A stretch of DNA of 64,000 bases, taken from positions 9,774-73,773 of the forward strand of contig OZ242322.1 of the NCBI GenBank assembly GCA_965208155.1, read 5' to 3'. The notes beneath the pieces were generated by a model, which was not told where the DNA came from, searched no databases, and worked only from the letters and a program-made list of their open reading frames with translations. Shown here in pieces: positions 1-9,112 of the stretch (within the stretch, counting starts at the first letter, position 1; each line of letters begins with the position of its first letter). The position numbers and the translations under genes are program-made. Source of the stretch: Thermodesulfobacteriota bacterium. GTDB taxonomy: Bacteria > Desulfobacterota_D > UBA1144 > Nemesobacterales > Nemesobacteraceae.

Positions 1-521
1 CCTCGCAGCTCGGGGGAATGATCTCCGGCAACAAGACCTTTTTGCTCAGGATAGCAGGGATATTCATAATCCTTTTCGGAATATTCGTAATGGAGATCGT
101 TAAGATCCCGTTTCTTGAGAAAGAACACAAAATCTCCCTTCCGCGGGAAAGGGGAAATCTTCTCGGAACCTATATTCTCGGCCTGGCATTCGGCTTTGGC
201 TGGACACCATGCGTAGGACCTATTCTCGGATCCATACTCCTTTACGCAAGCACAGTGGAAGGAACGCTAAACGCGGTGGGTCTGCTCGCGGTTTACTCAC
301 TCGGAATCGGCATACCGTTCATATTGGTCGGTCTTGCGTTTAACAGCGCCATGAGATCCTTTAGAAGCGTCAGAAGGTATTATCCGTATTATAAGTACGC
401 TATAGGCTCGGGACTTGTGATTATAGGAATAATGATGTTTTCAAACGAGATTTACTACTTGAATATTTACGGTCAGAAAATATTTGACGCGGTGGGAATA
501 GATTTCTGGAAAAAGTTTTAG
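1..521 (+). CDS. ccdA: CcdA/DsbD-family cytochrome c biogenesis thiol-disulfide transporter, 5' end off-window
   Basis: ORF 18..521 stays open to base 1. It is a polytopic hydrophobic protein with the CcdA-type motif GFGWTPCVGPILGS. It is the only copy of this segment joined to the upstream part of the gene. Confidence 0.8.
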   Translation, partial: SQLGGMISGNKTFLLRIAGIFIILFGIFVMEIVKIPFLEKEHKISLPRERGNLLGTYILGLAFGFGWTPCVGPILGSILLYASTVEGTLNAVGLLAVYSLGIGIPFILVGLAFNSAMRSFRSVRRYYPYYKYAIGSGLVIIGIMMFSNEIYYLNIYGQKIFDAVGIDFWKKF

Positions 522-547
522 GGTGCGATAACTCCTCAGGGAGCAAC

Positions 548-955
548 TCAGCTTGCGTGGCCGTCTAAGAGGGAAACGCCCTCAATCCGTGAGAACTTCC
601 GGTCTAATGTATAAAGTGAGCGTGCTCCCGCTCTTTTTGCGGCGAATACAATCATCAGGTCACAAAGCTCTGCTTCCCGTCTACGGTAAAGAGGCAACGC
701 CCAAGCAACTTCCTCAGACACCTCTACAACCAGATCATCGCTCGTAGCAAGTTCTTCCAGTATAGTCGCAATCTGATCACGGGAACAACCGTAGGACCGT
801 TCAAGCACCCAGACAAGCTCAACTATCACCTCCCGGCAAATATATCCGGGGCACTCAACTGTAAGCGATTCCAGGAGCACCCGTGCCGCTTCGAACTGCT
901 TGATATCATCACGTACCAGATAACGGACCAGTACATTCGTATCAAGCGCAATCAT
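548..955 (-). CDS. vapC: PIN-domain ribonuclease toxin VapC, copy 1 (no adjacent vapB)
   Basis: 135 aa with N-terminal MIALDTNVLV (PIN Asp) plus downstream acidic residues (VELVW, LCDLMIV, YTLDRKF). Immediately upstream lies the ccdA fragment of the next repeat unit, not an antitoxin. Confidence 0.8.
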   Translation of the reverse strand: MIALDTNVLVRYLVRDDIKQFEAARVLLESLTVECPGYICREVIVELVWVLERSYGCSRDQIATILEELATSDDLVVEVSEEVAWALPLYRRREAELCDLMIVFAAKRAGARSLYTLDRKFSRIEGVSLLDGHAS

Positions 956-966
956 TCTTCACACGC

Positions 967-1294
967 CTTTGGCTGGACACCATGCGTAGGACCTATTCTC
1001 GGATCCATACTCCTTTACGCAAGCACAGTGGAAGGAACGCTAAACGCGGTGGGTCTGCTCGCGGTTTACTCACTCGGAATCGGCATACCGTTCATATTGG
1101 TCGGTCTTGCGTTTAACAGCGCCATGAGATCCTTTAGAAGCGTCAGAAGGTATTATCCGTATTATAAGTACGCTATAGGCTCGGGACTTGTGATTATAGG
1201 AATAATGATGTTTTCAAACGAGATTTACTACTTGAATATTTACGGTCAGAAAATATTTGACGCGGTGGGAATAGATTTCTGGAAAAAGTTTTAG
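967..1294 (+). pseudogene. ccdA 3' fragment (duplicate of 194..521)
   Basis: Identical to the 3' 328 bp of ccdA. It lacks the 5' part of the gene. ORF-track entry 1028..1294 is an internal GTG ORF of this fragment. Confidence 0.85.
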
Positions 1295-1320
1295 GGTGCG
1301 ATAACTCCTCAGGGAGCAAC

Positions 1321-1728
1321 TCAGCTTGAGTGGCCGTCTAAGAGGGAAACGCCCTCAATCCGTGAGAACTTCCGGTCTAATGTATAAAGTGAGCGTGCTC
1401 CCGCTCTTTTTGCGGCGAATACAATCATCAGGTCACAAAGCTCTGCTTCCCGTCTACGGTAAAGAGGCAACGCCCAAGCAACTTCCTCAGACACCTCTAC
1501 AACCAGATCATCGCTCGTAGCAAGTTCTTCCAGTATAGTCGCAATCTGATCACGGGAACAACCGTAGGACCGTTCAAGCACCCAGACAAGCTCAACTATC
1601 ACCTCCCGGCAAATATATCCGGGGCACTCAACTGTAAGCGATTCCAGGAGCACCCGTGCCGCTTCGAACTGCTTGATATCATCACGTACCAGATAACGGA
1701 CCAGTACATTCGTATCAAGCGCAATCAT
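1321..1728 (-). CDS. vapC: PIN-domain toxin VapC, copy 2 (no adjacent vapB)
   Basis: Differs from copy 1 by one nucleotide (C-terminus GHSS vs GHAS). Confidence 0.8.
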   Translation of the reverse strand: MIALDTNVLVRYLVRDDIKQFEAARVLLESLTVECPGYICREVIVELVWVLERSYGCSRDQIATILEELATSDDLVVEVSEEVAWALPLYRRREAELCDLMIVFAAKRAGARSLYTLDRKFSRIEGVSLLDGHSS

Positions 1729-1739
1729 TCTTCACACGC

Positions 1740-2067
1740 CTTTGGCTGGACACCATGCGTAGGACCTATTCTCGGATCCATACTCCTTTACGCAAGCACA
1801 GTGGAAGGAACGCTAAACGCGGTGGGTCTGCTCGCGGTTTACTCACTCGGAATCGGCATACCGTTCATATTGGTCGGTCTTGCGTTTAACAGCGCCATGA
1901 GATCCTTTAGAAGCGTCAGAAGGTATTATCCGTATTATAAGTACGCTATAGGCTCGGGACTTGTGATTATAGGAATAATGATGTTTTCAAACGAGATTTA
2001 CTACTTGAATATTTACGGTCAGAAAATATTTGACGCGGTGGGAATAGATTTCTGGAAAAAGTTTTAG
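1740..2067 (+). pseudogene. ccdA 3' fragment (second duplicate)
   Basis: Identical to 194..521 and 967..1294. Confidence 0.85.
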
Positions 2068-2093
2068 GGTGCGATAACTCCTCAGGGAGCAAC

Positions 2094-2501
2094 TCAGCTT
2101 GAGTGGCCGTCTAAGAGGGAAACGCCCTCAATCCGTGAGAACTTCCGGTCTAATGTATAAAGTGAGCGTGCTCCCGCTCTTTTTGCGGCGAATACAATCA
2201 TCAGGTCACAAAGCTCTGCTTCCCGTCTACGGTAAAGAGGCAACGCCCGAGCAACTTCCTCAGACACCTCTACAACCAGATCTTCGCTTGCAGAAAGTTC
2301 TTCCAGTATTGTCGCAACTTGGTCGCAGGAATAACCGTAGGACCGTTCAAGCACCCAGACAAGCTCAACTATCACCTCCCGGCAAATATATCCGGGGCAC
2401 TCAACTGTAAGCGATTCCAGGAGCACCTGTGCCGCTTCGAACTGCTTGATATCATCACGTACCAGATAACGGACCAGTACATTCGTATCAAGCGCAATCA
2501 T
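2094..2501 (-). CDS. vapC: PIN-domain toxin VapC, copy 3 (paired with vapB)
   Basis: Same length as copies 1 and 2. It carries a patch of amino-acid changes (SYGYSCDQVATILEELSASEDL vs SYGCSRDQIATILEELATSDDL). Its ATG overlaps the vapB stop (ATGA). Confidence 0.85.
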   Translation of the reverse strand: MIALDTNVLVRYLVRDDIKQFEAAQVLLESLTVECPGYICREVIVELVWVLERSYGYSCDQVATILEELSASEDLVVEVSEEVARALPLYRRREAELCDLMIVFAAKRAGARSLYTLDRKFSRIEGVSLLDGHSS

Positions 2502-2731
2502 TCTTCACACGCCCCGTCCGCTATGGCCTGCTCCATTTCCTCAAGCGTGACCGTTGGTCCATCGTACTGCAGCACACCACACAGTCGTTTAACGCTCCGC
2601 ACAGGCATAATACGCACTCCACCGTCAGCAATGAAATACCGTATCTTGTCTCCAGCCCGCAGACCAAGAAATTCACGAACAGATTTCGGCAAAGTCGTCT
2701 GTCCTTTTTTCGTTATGGAAGACTCAACCAT
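2498..2731 (-). CDS. vapB: AbrB/MazE/SpoVT-family antitoxin VapB
   Basis: 77 aa. The N-terminal swapped-hairpin motif (ITKKGQTTLPKSVREFLGL..GDKI) is typical of AbrB-type antitoxins. There is a 4-nt overlap with vapC. Confidence 0.8.
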   Translation of the reverse strand: MVESSITKKGQTTLPKSVREFLGLRAGDKIRYFIADGGVRIMPVRSVKRLCGVLQYDGPTVTLEEMEQAIADGACEE

Positions 2732-2778
2732 GATATCACCTCCTGTGGTACTGCAATATACAGTTTAACCTTCGCCCG

Positions 2779-4123
2779 TTGAATTTTGAAGTGCACCACC
2801 CCTAAAAACAGAGTTTGAGCCCTTTTGAGGCATACACCTCAATTTGAAAGGGCCAAGTGACAAAGATAATCTCTAAGTTAGCAAAACAAAGGAGGTTATC
2901 CAATGCCATATAGACACTTGACCCTAGAAGAAAGGTTCCTGATATACAAGCTTCGTCAAGCCGGTTGGTCGTATCGTCAGATCGCTGTTAGTCTCGGACG
3001 CAACCACGCTACGATCAGTCGAGAGATAAAGCGTAACAGTGGTAAACGGGGCTACAGATACAAGCAGGCAGATAAATCAGCGAAGCGTCGTCGCAGGGAA
3101 GCATCAGCAGTCCCCCGCAAGATGACCCAGGAGCGTTGGGCAATGGTGGAGGACCGGCTGGTCAACGAACACTGGAGCCCCGAACAGATATCCGGGAGAT
3201 TGCATCGCGAAGGGGTGCTCTCGGTAAGCACGAAATGGATTTACAGCCGCATCTGGGCGGATAGGAAGGCCGGGGGAACCTTGCACAAGAGTCTGCGCAG
3301 ACGAGGCAAGAAACCGAACCGTCGCGGCAGAGACGGTTCGGGACGAGGTGTTATTCCCGGGAGAGTGGACATAAGCAAACGCCCGAGGGAGGTTGAATAT
3401 AAGAGCAGGGTCGGGGACTGGGAGGCGGACACCATAGTGGGCGCAAAGCACAGCGGAGCGTTTGTTTCCCTGGTGGATCGCCACTCGAAGTTTACGCTTC
3501 TTCACCCTGTCGAACAAAAAACCGCAGAAGATGTGGGAGCTGCTATGTTGTGGTGCCTGGAGCCGGTGAAGGCCCTTGTGCACACCATAACAGCGGACAA
3601 CGGTAAGGAGTTTGCGGGGCACGCCAAAGTGGCCGAGCGGCTCTCTACAGGGTTTTACTTCGCTACGCCTTACCATTCGTGGGAGCGAGGGCTTAATGAG
3701 CACACAAACGGTCTTGTGAGAGAGTTCTTCCCAAAGAAACAGGACTTGCGCAAGGTTGACCCGGAGGAGGTCAAACGGGTTCAGGGCTTGCTCAATACCC
3801 GACCGAGGAAAGCGTTGGGCTACAGAACGCCTGTCGAGGTGTTCTGCGAGGCGCTGGGGAAGAGTCCGGTTGTGTCTGAGCTGTGTTCGTGGCGGGAATA
3901 GTTTCGGGGTCTGTTGTCTGGATATGGAGAATGGGGAGGTTTTTTCTTGTAGGAGAGTTGCGTTGTGTTTTGGAGGCAACGCAATACAAATTGCAATTCC
4001 AAGACAATGCTCTTCTTCGCTCGGGCTCGCCCTCGCTACGAAGAGCATTGTCCCCCGTCCACCTCTGTGCTAAACTCTCCCAAAAGAAGATTGTCTGAGT
4101 CAGTGGTGCACTTCGGAGTTCAA
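2779..4123 (+). mobile_element. IS30-family insertion sequence
   Basis: Imperfect 21-bp terminal inverted repeats: TTGAATTTTGAAGTGCACCAC (2779..2799) vs the reverse complement of 4103..4123, TTGAACTCCGAAGTGCACCAC (18/21). They enclose a single transposase ORF. The target-site duplication could not be resolved by eye. Confidence 0.7.
2903..3901 (+). CDS. IS30-family DDE transposase
   Basis: 332 aa. The N-terminal HTH (LTLEERFLIYKLRQAGWSYRQIAVSLGRNHATISREIKRN) and the DDE core (GDWEADT ... ITADNGKEF ... YHSWERGLNEHTNGL) are characteristic of IS30 transposases. A good SD (AAGGAGG) lies upstream. Confidence 0.9.
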   Translation: MPYRHLTLEERFLIYKLRQAGWSYRQIAVSLGRNHATISREIKRNSGKRGYRYKQADKSAKRRRREASAVPRKMTQERWAMVEDRLVNEHWSPEQISGRLHREGVLSVSTKWIYSRIWADRKAGGTLHKSLRRRGKKPNRRGRDGSGRGVIPGRVDISKRPREVEYKSRVGDWEADTIVGAKHSGAFVSLVDRHSKFTLLHPVEQKTAEDVGAAMLWCLEPVKALVHTITADNGKEFAGHAKVAERLSTGFYFATPYHSWERGLNEHTNGLVREFFPKKQDLRKVDPEEVKRVQGLLNTRPRKALGYRTPVEVFCEALGKSPVVSELCSWRE

Positions 4124-4331
4124 GTGGTGCTTACTTTAGCCAAAAAAGAAGGTCTTTTACCTCATTGGCAGTACTTTAACTGCAAAAACATTGCAATTTC
4201 CGATACAACTGGCTGCTAAATTCTCTCAAGAGATGGACCATGAAGGAAATTGCCAGATAGCATCGCTTATTGAACGCATTGCACAGTCAGAAGAAAAAGA
4301 GCTGAAGCCCGAAAACAGCATATATCCAGGA

Positions 4332-5195
4332 TTACTCATTTCCGTAGCTCAGGATTCCGTAACTGTACACGTCGGCAAGAGCGGCGACGGAATCTACGGC
4401 TTCCGGAGCGACCCGTTTTCCGACTTCCAGCAGTTCCTTCGATTCCTCTACCTTCATGCCGTGGCGCTTTTCAAAAAGGCTTAGGTCATCAAACCCCGTC
4501 ACCCAAGTCACGTTGAAAGTCTGTTGAAACATATCAGCTGCCCTAACAACCTCAGGGTTTTCATAGGTCCTGTTAATGACGCTCAATGAATAGTAGTCAA
4601 AAGCGATTTTGAACGAAGGAATTCCGGCACGCAGACTGTCAAAGAAACCGTGGATCAGCTCAATGGGAAGATACATACTATTTCCTTCCCATAGAAAAAG
4701 TATCGGGGAGTTGATGTCAAAGCCCGCCTTGGTGAGTTCTTCCGGCAGGTCAACTTCAAGATAGTTGCACGGTATGCTTGCGCATGGCGTAACGCCGCGG
4801 CTCCCAAGAACCTTGTGCTTGAACTCCAGAATGGCGGGCTGATCAATGTCGCAGAAATGCACTCCTTCGGTCTCAAAGACCAGGGAACGCATGTCAAACC
4901 CGCAGCCGAGTATGACAATCTGTTTCATGCCGGCTTGAATCTCGCGTCTTGTGATTTCATCCAGTATGCAGAAGCGGTAACGGAGAATCTCAATCGATTC
5001 CGGAAGAATTTTTGTTACCCTGTCGATCTTCTCCCTTATTTCGTCTGTAACAAACCAGTGGGCGTAGGGGTCGTTGAACACGCGGTGTTCACGGTTTCTC
5101 TCCATTTCCCTGTAACAGGCTACGGCAAACGCGGTTGTTCCGACTTCATTTATGTCCGACATGACAGATCCATGTAAAATTACGGGGATACGCAT
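4332..5195 (-). CDS. Class I SAM-dependent O-methyltransferase (LCMT/TIGR00027-like)
   Basis: Motifs VILGCGFDMR (SAM motif I), DIDQP, and LFLWEGNSMYL. The true start may be the internal Met at 5162. Confidence 0.7.
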   Translation of the reverse strand: MRIPVILHGSVMSDINEVGTTAFAVACYREMERNREHRVFNDPYAHWFVTDEIREKIDRVTKILPESIEILRYRFCILDEITRREIQAGMKQIVILGCGFDMRSLVFETEGVHFCDIDQPAILEFKHKVLGSRGVTPCASIPCNYLEVDLPEELTKAGFDINSPILFLWEGNSMYLPIELIHGFFDSLRAGIPSFKIAFDYYSLSVINRTYENPEVVRAADMFQQTFNVTWVTGFDDLSLFEKRHGMKVEESKELLEVGKRVAPEAVDSVAALADVYSYGILSYGNE

Positions 5196-5365
5196 TCAGG
5201 AAAAACGGGATGCGGTGGTCCTGTTATCAAGATATGCTCTATTGCGGCGTTGGCAAGTAAGAAATCTTTTTGGACTTCGCATAAAAACAGCAATTATATA
5301 CTTGATTACCCTTCGTACAATCAAGTATATAATTCCATACTTGTTACGGTTAATCGGAGGTGAAA

Positions 5366-5581
5366 ATGCCCTTATACGAATATGAATGTTCTGATTGCGG
5401 CAAGGAATTTGAAGTTCTGGTGCTTGACTCAGGCGAAACCATAAAATGTGCGAGTTGCGATTCGGAGAATATCGGAAAGCAGTTTTCGACTTTCGGCCTT
5501 GGCAGCAGCGACGGGAATCTCGAAATTTCCGAGAGCGGGGATTCAGGATGCTGCTCGCAATCGTCCTGCTGTTGCTGCTGA
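5366..5581 (+). CDS. FmdB-family zinc-ribbon protein (CxxC...CxxC) with Cys-rich tail
   Basis: MPLYEYECSDCGKEFEVL...CASCDS is the signature of the family. The ORF-track start at 5360 (GTG) is two codons upstream. Confidence 0.75.
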   Translation: MPLYEYECSDCGKEFEVLVLDSGETIKCASCDSENIGKQFSTFGLGSSDGNLEISESGDSGCCSQSSCCCC

Positions 5582-5665
5582 TTTACCGGCGCAATTGCAC
5601 AAAATTTATCTCTGTATATAATTAACTTTTCATTTTAAAACACCCGATGGAGGATCGGTTCAAAA

Positions 5666-6955
5666 ATGTGCGAAGGCGATAAAAAGATGAAGGAAGCCGC
5701 CCTTGAATATCACAGGAGCGGAAGAAAAGGGAAACTTGAAGTCGTACCAACAAAGCCCTGTGACACGTCCTGGGAACTCTCACTTGCATACTCCCCCGGA
5801 GTTGCTGAGCCCTGCAGGGAAATAGACAAGGATAAAGACCTCTCTTATGAATACACCAACAGAGGAAATCTGGTCGCGGTAGCTTCAAACGGCACTGCAA
5901 TACTGGGACTCGGAAATCTGGGTGCCCTCGCGGGAAAACCCGTAATGGAAGGAAAAGGGGTGCTTTTCAAGAAGTTCGCGGATGTGGACGCCTACGACAT
6001 TGAAATAGATACCGAGGATCCCGACGAATTCATAAAGACCGTAAAATACCTTGAGCCCACTTTCGGCGGCATTAATCTCGAAGATATAAAAGCCCCGGAG
6101 TGTTTCTACATCGAAGACAAATTAAAAGAAGAGATGGACATACCCGTCTTTCACGACGATCAGCACGGAACCGCGATAATATCGGGTGCCGGACTTCTTA
6201 ACGCCTGCGAGATTACCGGGAAAAAGATGAGTGAGCTCAAAATGGCGTTTAACGGCGCCGGAGCATCCGCAATCGCGTGCGCAGAGTTCTTCATAGCGCT
6301 CGGCGCGAAAAGGGAAAACATAATAATGTGCGACAGCAGGGGCGTAATCTACAAGGGAAGGGGCGCGGGGCTTAATCCCCAGAAGGAAAGGTTCCTTGTA
6401 GAGACGGATAAAAGAACCATAGGGGACGCACTGGTCGGGGCCGACGTGTTTGTCGGACTCTCAAACGGCGGAGCCATCAACCAGGAAAACGTAAAGAGCA
6501 TGGCGAAGAACCCCATAATATTCGCCATGGCGAATCCCGATCCCGAAATACTCCCCGTAGACGCGAAGGAAGCCAGAAGCGACGTAATAACGGCCACGGG
6601 ACGTTCCGACTTCGCTAACCAGGTGAACAACGTTCTGGGATTCCCCTTCATTTTCAGAGGAGCGCTTGACGTAAGAGCTACAAAAATAAACGACGAAATG
6701 AAAGTCGCAGCTGCATACTCCCTTGCGGCGCTTGCAAAAGAACCCGTACCGGAAAAAGTGGCCAGGGCCTACGGAGACCAGAAATTTGAGTTCGGTCCGG
6801 ATTACATAGTGCCGAAGCCGTTTGATCCCAGGGTTTTGGTATGGGAATCGGCCGCTGTCGCTCAAGCCGCGATGGAAACAGGCGTTTCCAGAATCAAGAT
6901 CGATCTTGATGCATACAAGCAGTCCCTGGAAGACAGGATAAAAAATCTGCTCTAG
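5666..6955 (+). CDS. NAD(P)-dependent malic enzyme (short form, no PTA domain)
   Basis: Motifs [38 protein letters not shown] and [10 protein letters not shown]. The probable start is MKEAALEYH at 5687. Confidence 0.9.
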   Translation: MCEGDKKMKEAALEYHRSGRKGKLEVVPTKPCDTSWELSLAYSPGVAEPCREIDKDKDLSYEYTNRGNLVAVASNGTAILGLGNLGALAGKPVMEGKGVLFKKFADVDAYDIEIDTEDPDEFIKTVKYLEPTFGGINLEDIKAPECFYIEDKLKEEMDIPVFHDDQHGTAIISGAGLLNACEITGKKMSELKMAFNGAGASAIACAEFFIALGAKRENIIMCDSRGVIYKGRGAGLNPQKERFLVETDKRTIGDALVGADVFVGLSNGGAINQENVKSMAKNPIIFAMANPDPEILPVDAKEARSDVITATGRSDFANQVNNVLGFPFIFRGALDVRATKINDEMKVAAAYSLAALAKEPVPEKVARAYGDQKFEFGPDYIVPKPFDPRVLVWESAAVAQAAMETGVSRIKIDLDAYKQSLEDRIKNLL

Positions 6956-6999
6956 GAAAAAACCGGCATTTTGCAAGATTACCCAAATCTTCCGTTCGT

Positions 7000-7713
7000 T
7001 TGCTTTTCGCCTTGCAAACGGTTGCGCCCCAGCCTTTACCTGCTCCATTGATAAAAGCAGTAATATTTGACATGGATGGAGTCATAATAGACAGCGAACC
7101 CCTTTGGGAAAAAAGCGAGTCTATCATGCTCAAGCAAAAGGGGTTTGGAGGCAATGAAAATTACAGAAAGCAATACAGAAAGAAGGTAATGGGTCTTAAC
7201 CAGAGAGACTCTGTAGAACTTCTAAAAGAAACTTTCGGCCTTGATGAATCCCCTGAGGAAATTCTCCGCACCCGTCTCGAGATTCTTCTCGAGCTTTATG
7301 AAAAAGAACTAAGACTCATTGACGGAATTCCCGAAATTCTTCAGAGTCTAGGCGAGGAGAAACACATAAAGATGGCTCTTGCCTCGGGCTCCCCTATGGA
7401 GGTGATAGAGTTTGTTCTCAATAAATTCTCTCTTTCGGACACTTTCAGAATAAAAGTCTCAGGAGACTGCGTCGAAAACGGAAAACCTCACCCCGATATA
7501 TATCTTGAAACCGCAAGACGTCTCGGGGTCAGCCCTGAAGAATGCGTCGCGATTGAAGATTCCATAAACGGTATAGTGTCGGCCAAAGAGGCTGGCATGC
7601 GTTGTATTGCAGTGCCTGACCCGAGAATAGCCGCAGAAGATTACCCTCATGCCGACATCTTCAGAAAAAGCGTCTCGGAAATCCGCCTTGAAGACATAAA
7701 AAGCCTCCGGTGA
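7000..7713 (+). CDS. HAD-superfamily hydrolase (beta-phosphoglucomutase/phosphatase-like)
   Basis: HAD motif I VIFDMDGVIIDSE, motif III GKPHPDIYL, and motif IV IEDSINGIVSAKEAGM. TTG start as in the ORF track. Confidence 0.8.
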   Translation: MLFALQTVAPQPLPAPLIKAVIFDMDGVIIDSEPLWEKSESIMLKQKGFGGNENYRKQYRKKVMGLNQRDSVELLKETFGLDESPEEILRTRLEILLELYEKELRLIDGIPEILQSLGEEKHIKMALASGSPMEVIEFVLNKFSLSDTFRIKVSGDCVENGKPHPDIYLETARRLGVSPEECVAIEDSINGIVSAKEAGMRCIAVPDPRIAAEDYPHADIFRKSVSEIRLEDIKSLR

Positions 7714-7981
7714 AAACAACCCGTTCTGCTCCGCTTGCTCCTCAGAATTCCGTCACACGCAATCTTCCCCATACCGCGTCCCAAACCCCGAGGCTGTACC
7801 GCTTCCGGCAAGACTGATGATTTGCTGTTCCGATGAGTTCAAATCAACTCGATACTCAAGCTTTTCTCAAAACATCCATACGCGAATTTGAGTACAATCC
7901 CTTTGACTGATACTCTATACCAGATAATTTTTCAGGTACGCTATCTCGAACAGCCGCGGGAGAGAATATCATCAGCACTCC

Positions 7982-9112
7982 ATGAACGTGAAGATAATAC
8001 ACACTTCGGACTGGCAGATCGGCAAGGTCTTCCGGTATGTCGACGATGGCACCATGGGGCTTCTCCAGAACGCCCGTCTTCAGACCATCACGTATCTTGG
8101 AAAGCTGGCAGAAGAACACGGCGCAAGTCACATACTGGTTGCGGGCGATGTATACGACATGGAAGCGCTGTCCCCACGCTCTGTTAACCAGCCGATTGAG
8201 CGAATGCGAGAATTCCCCGGCGTGAGATGGCATCTTCTGCCCGGCAACCACGACCCGCATCGTCCTAACGGTCTCTGGGATCGGATTCTTGCCGCAGGTC
8301 CGCCGGAAAATGTTCATATTCACACAACTCTCCAACCCATGATATTTGAGGAAGAGTCGCTCGTTCTGCTTCCGGCTCCGCTTTTCTATCACCATACGCT
8401 TGAAGACGCGACTGCGTATATGGACGATCTTGATCTTCCCGAAGGCTTCGCTCGCGTGGGTATAGCTCATGGCACTGTGACGGGGTTCGGCTCCGATGAA
8501 AGCTCCACTCCAAATTACATCGCTCCCGACCGCCCGAAGCGTGCGGGTCTCTGCTATCTTGCCCTCGGCGACTGGCACGGGCAGAGAAAAATAAACGACC
8601 ACTGCTGGTACAGCGGTACACCTGAGACCGATTCATTCAAGGTAGTTGACGGCGGCAAGGCCCTTCTCGTGGAAATTGACGATCCAATATCTCCTCCCAA
8701 GATAACGCCTCTTGACACAGGACAGCATAAATGGCTCAGCTTTTCGGAACGAATCGGAGGCAGAGAGGATATCGATTTTCTGGAGAAAAAACTGCGCGGA
8801 ACATCCGACAGCCTCGACAGGGTTCTCGTGGATCTGAACGTAGAGGGATCCCTGTCCCTTGAAGACCGGGAGTATTTCGAAGAACGCATCGTAAACGGCG
8901 TTTCAGCCGCTCTCTGTTTTCTTCGCGTCGGGACCGAAAGGCTGTTTCCAAGTCCCACCGAGCAAGACCTTGACCGGATCGACCAACGCGGATTCGTGCG
9001 AACCGCGGCCGAAACTCTCAAGAGAATGGCGGACGAAGGCGACGGGCTTGCTGCGGAAGCCCTCCAGAGGCTCTACATAGAACACATGAAACTCAGGGCG
9101 GAAAAACAATGA
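7982..9112 (+). CDS. SbcD/Mre11-like metallophosphoesterase (DNA repair exonuclease family)
   Basis: Calcineurin-like motifs HTSDWQIG, VAGDVYD and GNHDP. There is a 4-nt overlap with the following ATPase gene. Confidence 0.75.
   Translation: MNVKIIHTSDWQIGKVFRYVDDGTMGLLQNARLQTITYLGKLAEEHGASHILVAGDVYDMEALSPRSVNQPIERMREFPGVRWHLLPGNHDPHRPNGLWDRILAAGPPENVHIHTTLQPMIFEEESLVLLPAPLFYHHTLEDATAYMDDLDLPEGFARVGIAHGTVTGFGSDESSTPNYIAPDRPKRAGLCYLALGDWHGQRKINDHCWYSGTPETDSFKVVDGGKALLVEIDDPISPPKITPLDTGQHKWLSFSERIGGREDIDFLEKKLRGTSDSLDRVLVDLNVEGSLSLEDREYFEERIVNGVSAALCFLRVGTERLFPSPTEQDLDRIDQRGFVRTAAETLKRMADEGDGLAAEALQRLYIEHMKLRAEKQ

Larger units (their letters stand above)
194..2512. repeat. Tandem triplication of a 773-bp unit (last 328 bp of ccdA + 26-bp spacer + vapC + last 15 nt of vapB)
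   Basis: Unit starts at 194, 967 and 1740, read directly. The junction is cacacgcc|tttggctgg with 1-nt microhomology. Units 1 and 2 differ at one base (556 c vs 1329 a). Unit 3 differs from unit 2 at 13 positions: 12 clustered in 2249..2332, plus 2428. Confidence 0.9.

Noticed and set aside
194-2512. The triplication as a pure assembly artefact
   Set aside because: This is not fully excluded. However, the third unit carries 13 clustered substitutions and the first a private one, which identical-repeat mis-assembly would not create. I kept it as a finding with an explicit read-level test.
553-2768. Plus-strand ORFs antisense to the vapC copies and vapB (553..747, 1326..1520, 2099..2410, 2319..2768)
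   Set aside because: They mirror well-supported minus-strand PIN/AbrB genes, have Pro/Arg/Ser-rich low-complexity translations, and are repeated only because the DNA is repeated.
4004-4051. Perfect 12-bp inverted repeat (ACAATGCTCTTC ... GAAGAGCATTGT) with a 24-nt loop downstream of the IS30 transposase
   Set aside because: It is real as a sequence feature, but it has no U tract and lies inside the IS. Its function (terminator or transposase-binding site) cannot be assigned from sequence.
3104-4219. Several ORFs overlapping or following the IS30 transposase (3104..4048 minus, 3756..4073, 3883..4098, 3965..4219 and others)
   Set aside because: They are antisense or out-of-frame shadows of the transposase gene and of the structured IS 3' end. 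None shows recognisable motifs.
7856-8602. 248-aa minus-strand ORF overlapping the 5' half of the SbcD-like gene
   Set aside because: The plus-strand frame carries clear metallophosphoesterase motifs, and the minus-strand translation has none.
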